57,600 bases of DNA from an uncultured Coriobacteriaceae bacterium. GTDB lineage: Bacteria; Actinomycetota; Coriobacteriia; Coriobacteriales; UMGS124. Under the pieces are notes generated by a model. That model saw nothing but the letters and a program-made list of their open reading frames with translations. It had not been told where the DNA came from and made no database searches. The DNA is taken from positions 1 through 57,600 of the forward strand of contig CAZEAF010000002.1 in NCBI GenBank assembly GCA_964510125.1, read 5' to 3'. Each line of letters starts with the position of its first letter. The stretch's first letter is position 1. A program made the translations under genes and the position numbers. This document shows positions 56,056 to 57,600 of this stretch, one piece after another.

Positions 56056-56835
56056 ATGGACGCACAGGAACTGCACAACCTCATGCACCGGGTGGCGGCA
56101 GGCCAGGTCGACGCCGACGCTGCGGCCGAGGAGCTGCGGGCGCAGCCGGTCCGCGAGCTGGCCTATGCGGTCCCCGACACCAGCCGGGGCCTTCGGACAG
56201 GGGTGAGCGAGGTCATCTACGGGGCCGGCAAGACCGCTCAGCAGATTGCCGAGATTGCGGAGGCCCTGCACGGGGCGGGCCAGAGGCGGGTCTTTGCCAC
56301 CCGGGTCGACGCCAGCAAGGCGGCCGCGGTGACGTCCCTGCTGGTGCAGGCGGGCGTGGGGGAGTCCCAGATTGACTATCACGAGGACGCCAGCATGCTC
56401 ATTATTGGGGGCAAGCCGCCGATCTCGGGCGGGCGGGGTGTGGTCGTGTGCTGTGCGGGCACATCCGACCTCTACTGCGCCGAGGAGGCCGCCCTCACAG
56501 CCGAGATGCTGGGCAGCCGGGTCACCCGCCTCTTCGACGTGGGCGTCGCGGGCCTCCACCGGCTCCTCTCCCATGCCGATGAAATCCAGCAGGCGGGGGC
56601 CATCGTGGCCGCGGCTGGCATGGAGGGGGCTTTGCCTAGCGTCATCGCAGGCATTGCCCCTTGTCCGGTCATCGCGGTGCCCACGAGCGTGGGATATGGG
56701 GCTAGCTTTGGGGGTATCTCGGCCCTGCTGGCTATGCTCAATTCCTGCGCCAGCGGCGTCTCGGTCGTCAACATCGACAACGGATTTGGGGCTGGCTACC
56801 AGGCGGCCCTCATCGACCATGCGGGAACGAGGTAG
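56056..56835 (+). CDS. larB: LarB (NaAD carboxylase/hydrolase, PurE-like)
   Basis: PurE-like core VVVCCAGTSDLYCAEEA...AAAGMEGALPSVIAG...VIAVPTSVGYG. ATG at 56056 sits 8 nt after GGGAG. Confidence 0.8.
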   Translation: MDAQELHNLMHRVAAGQVDADAAAEELRAQPVRELAYAVPDTSRGLRTGVSEVIYGAGKTAQQIAEIAEALHGAGQRRVFATRVDASKAAAVTSLLVQAGVGESQIDYHEDASMLIIGGKPPISGGRGVVVCCAGTSDLYCAEEAALTAEMLGSRVTRLFDVGVAGLHRLLSHADEIQQAGAIVAAAGMEGALPSVIAGIAPCPVIAVPTSVGYGASFGGISALLAMLNSCASGVSVVNIDNGFGAGYQAALIDHAGTR

Positions 56836-56839
56836 GGCC

Positions 56840-57600
56840 ATGGACAAGATCCTGCACCTGGACTGCTCGACCGGAGTCAGCGGCGACATGGTCGTGGCGG
56901 CTTTGCTGGATGCCGGGGCAAGCCAGGATCGGCTGATGGAGGTGCTTACCAGCCTGCCTCTGGAGGGATTCTCGGTGCAGGTGGGCCGGACCCAGGCCGG
57001 GGCCGTGGACGCCTGCGACTTCGACGTGGTGGTGGAGGGACCCGAGATGGGCCTCGACCACGACATGGCCTACCTATTTGGAGACGAGGGGGACGAGACC
57101 GGCGATGAGGGCGATGGCCATACGCAAGGCCAGCTCCATACCCACCGGGGTCTGACCGAGGTCCTCGCCGTCATCGACGCGTCCTGCGCCAGCCAGGGGG
57201 CCAAGGACTGGGCCCGGCGGATCTTTCGCATCCTCGCACAGGCCGAGGCCCAGGTCCATGGGACCACGCTCGACGGGGTCCGCTTTCACGAGGTGGGGGC
57301 AGTTGACTCCATCGTAGACGTCCTCTCGGCTGGCGTCTGCCTGGATGACCTGGGAATCGCCGGCGGCTCGGTCACCCCGCTCTACGAGGGCACGGGCACG
57401 GTCCGCACGGCCCACGGCCGACTGCCGGTCCCGGTGCCTGCCGTCGCCCGCATTGTGGCCGACCACGGCCTGACCCTGCAGGCGGGCACCCGCAAGGGGG
57501 AGTTCGTCACGCCCACCGGCGCCGCCATCGCCGCAGCCTTGGCAGAGAGGGGTCCTGGCCTGCCCGAACACTATGCCGTGGACGGGCTGGGCTACGGGGC
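56840..57600 (+). CDS. larC: LarC (nickel insertion protein, DUF111); 5' partial, runs off the window end
   Basis: Not in the ORF track because no stop is reached. I hand-translated from ATG 56840 (GAGG lies 7 nt upstream) and found it open for 253 codons. Motifs are MDKILHLDCSTGVSGDMVVAALLDAG and RFHEVGAVDSIVDV. Confidence 0.8.
   Translation, partial: MDKILHLDCSTGVSGDMVVAALLDAGASQDRLMEVLTSLPLEGFSVQVGRTQAGAVDACDFDVVVEGPEMGLDHDMAYLFGDEGDETGDEGDGHTQGQLHTHRGLTEVLAVIDASCASQGAKDWARRIFRILAQAEAQVHGTTLDGVRFHEVGAVDSIVDVLSAGVCLDDLGIAGGSVTPLYEGTGTVRTAHGRLPVPVPAVARIVADHGLTLQAGTRKGEFVTPTGAAIAAALAERGPGLPEHYAVDGLGYG

Overview
The window is GC-rich, with codon third positions mostly G/C. It is densely coding: I call 54 CDS, 49 of them on the + strand, and it reads as core chromosome rather than an accessory island. 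Gene order follows a conserved high-GC Gram-positive backbone. The mix of traits (trmFO, two-subunit glyQ/glyS, mreBCD, a lar cluster) suggests Coriobacteriia/Actinomycetota, but that is a guess from content only.

Gene order:
- three zinc-ribbon/TPR membrane proteins around a cyclophilin
- ndk-mreB-mreC-mreD-mrdA-rodA
- an unknown protein, a split radical-SAM pair and a minimal RNase E/G
- rplU-rpmA-obg-nadD(yqeK fusion)-rsfS
- on the minus strand, an OmpR-type regulator, a histidine kinase and dinB
- rpsP-KH-rimM-trmD-lepB
- glyQ-glyS, a PPDK regulatory protein, ppdK and a dGTPase-like HD protein
- a third zinc-ribbon membrane protein (minus strand)
- rplS-rnhB, then yraN-comM-like-dprA-trmFO-xerC
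- rpsB-tsf, then pyrH-frr-uppS-cdsA-dxr-S2P-ispG-proS
- an FMN-dependent alpha-hydroxyacid enzyme next to larE / larB-larC. larC runs off the window end and is absent from the ORF track.

Many ORF-track starts extend upstream of the likely true start. I trimmed them to in-frame starts that have a Shine-Dalgarno motif or a stop/start overlap. The very long antisense or alternate-frame ORFs are GC-driven artefacts.

I found no rRNA, tRNA, CRISPR array, transposase, prophage or recognisable defence module, and I cannot point to a clear novel multi-gene system.

The most second-look-worthy items:
1. The translationally coupled unknown / radical-SAM / DUF2344-like / minimal RNase E/G block.
2. A PDZ-less site-2 protease with a cytoplasmic winged-helix-like insertion.
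3. The lar cofactor genes beside a Cys-motif FMN enzyme, with no larA in view.
4. dinB translationally coupled to a two-component system.

All domain calls come from motifs read by eye. No searches were run.
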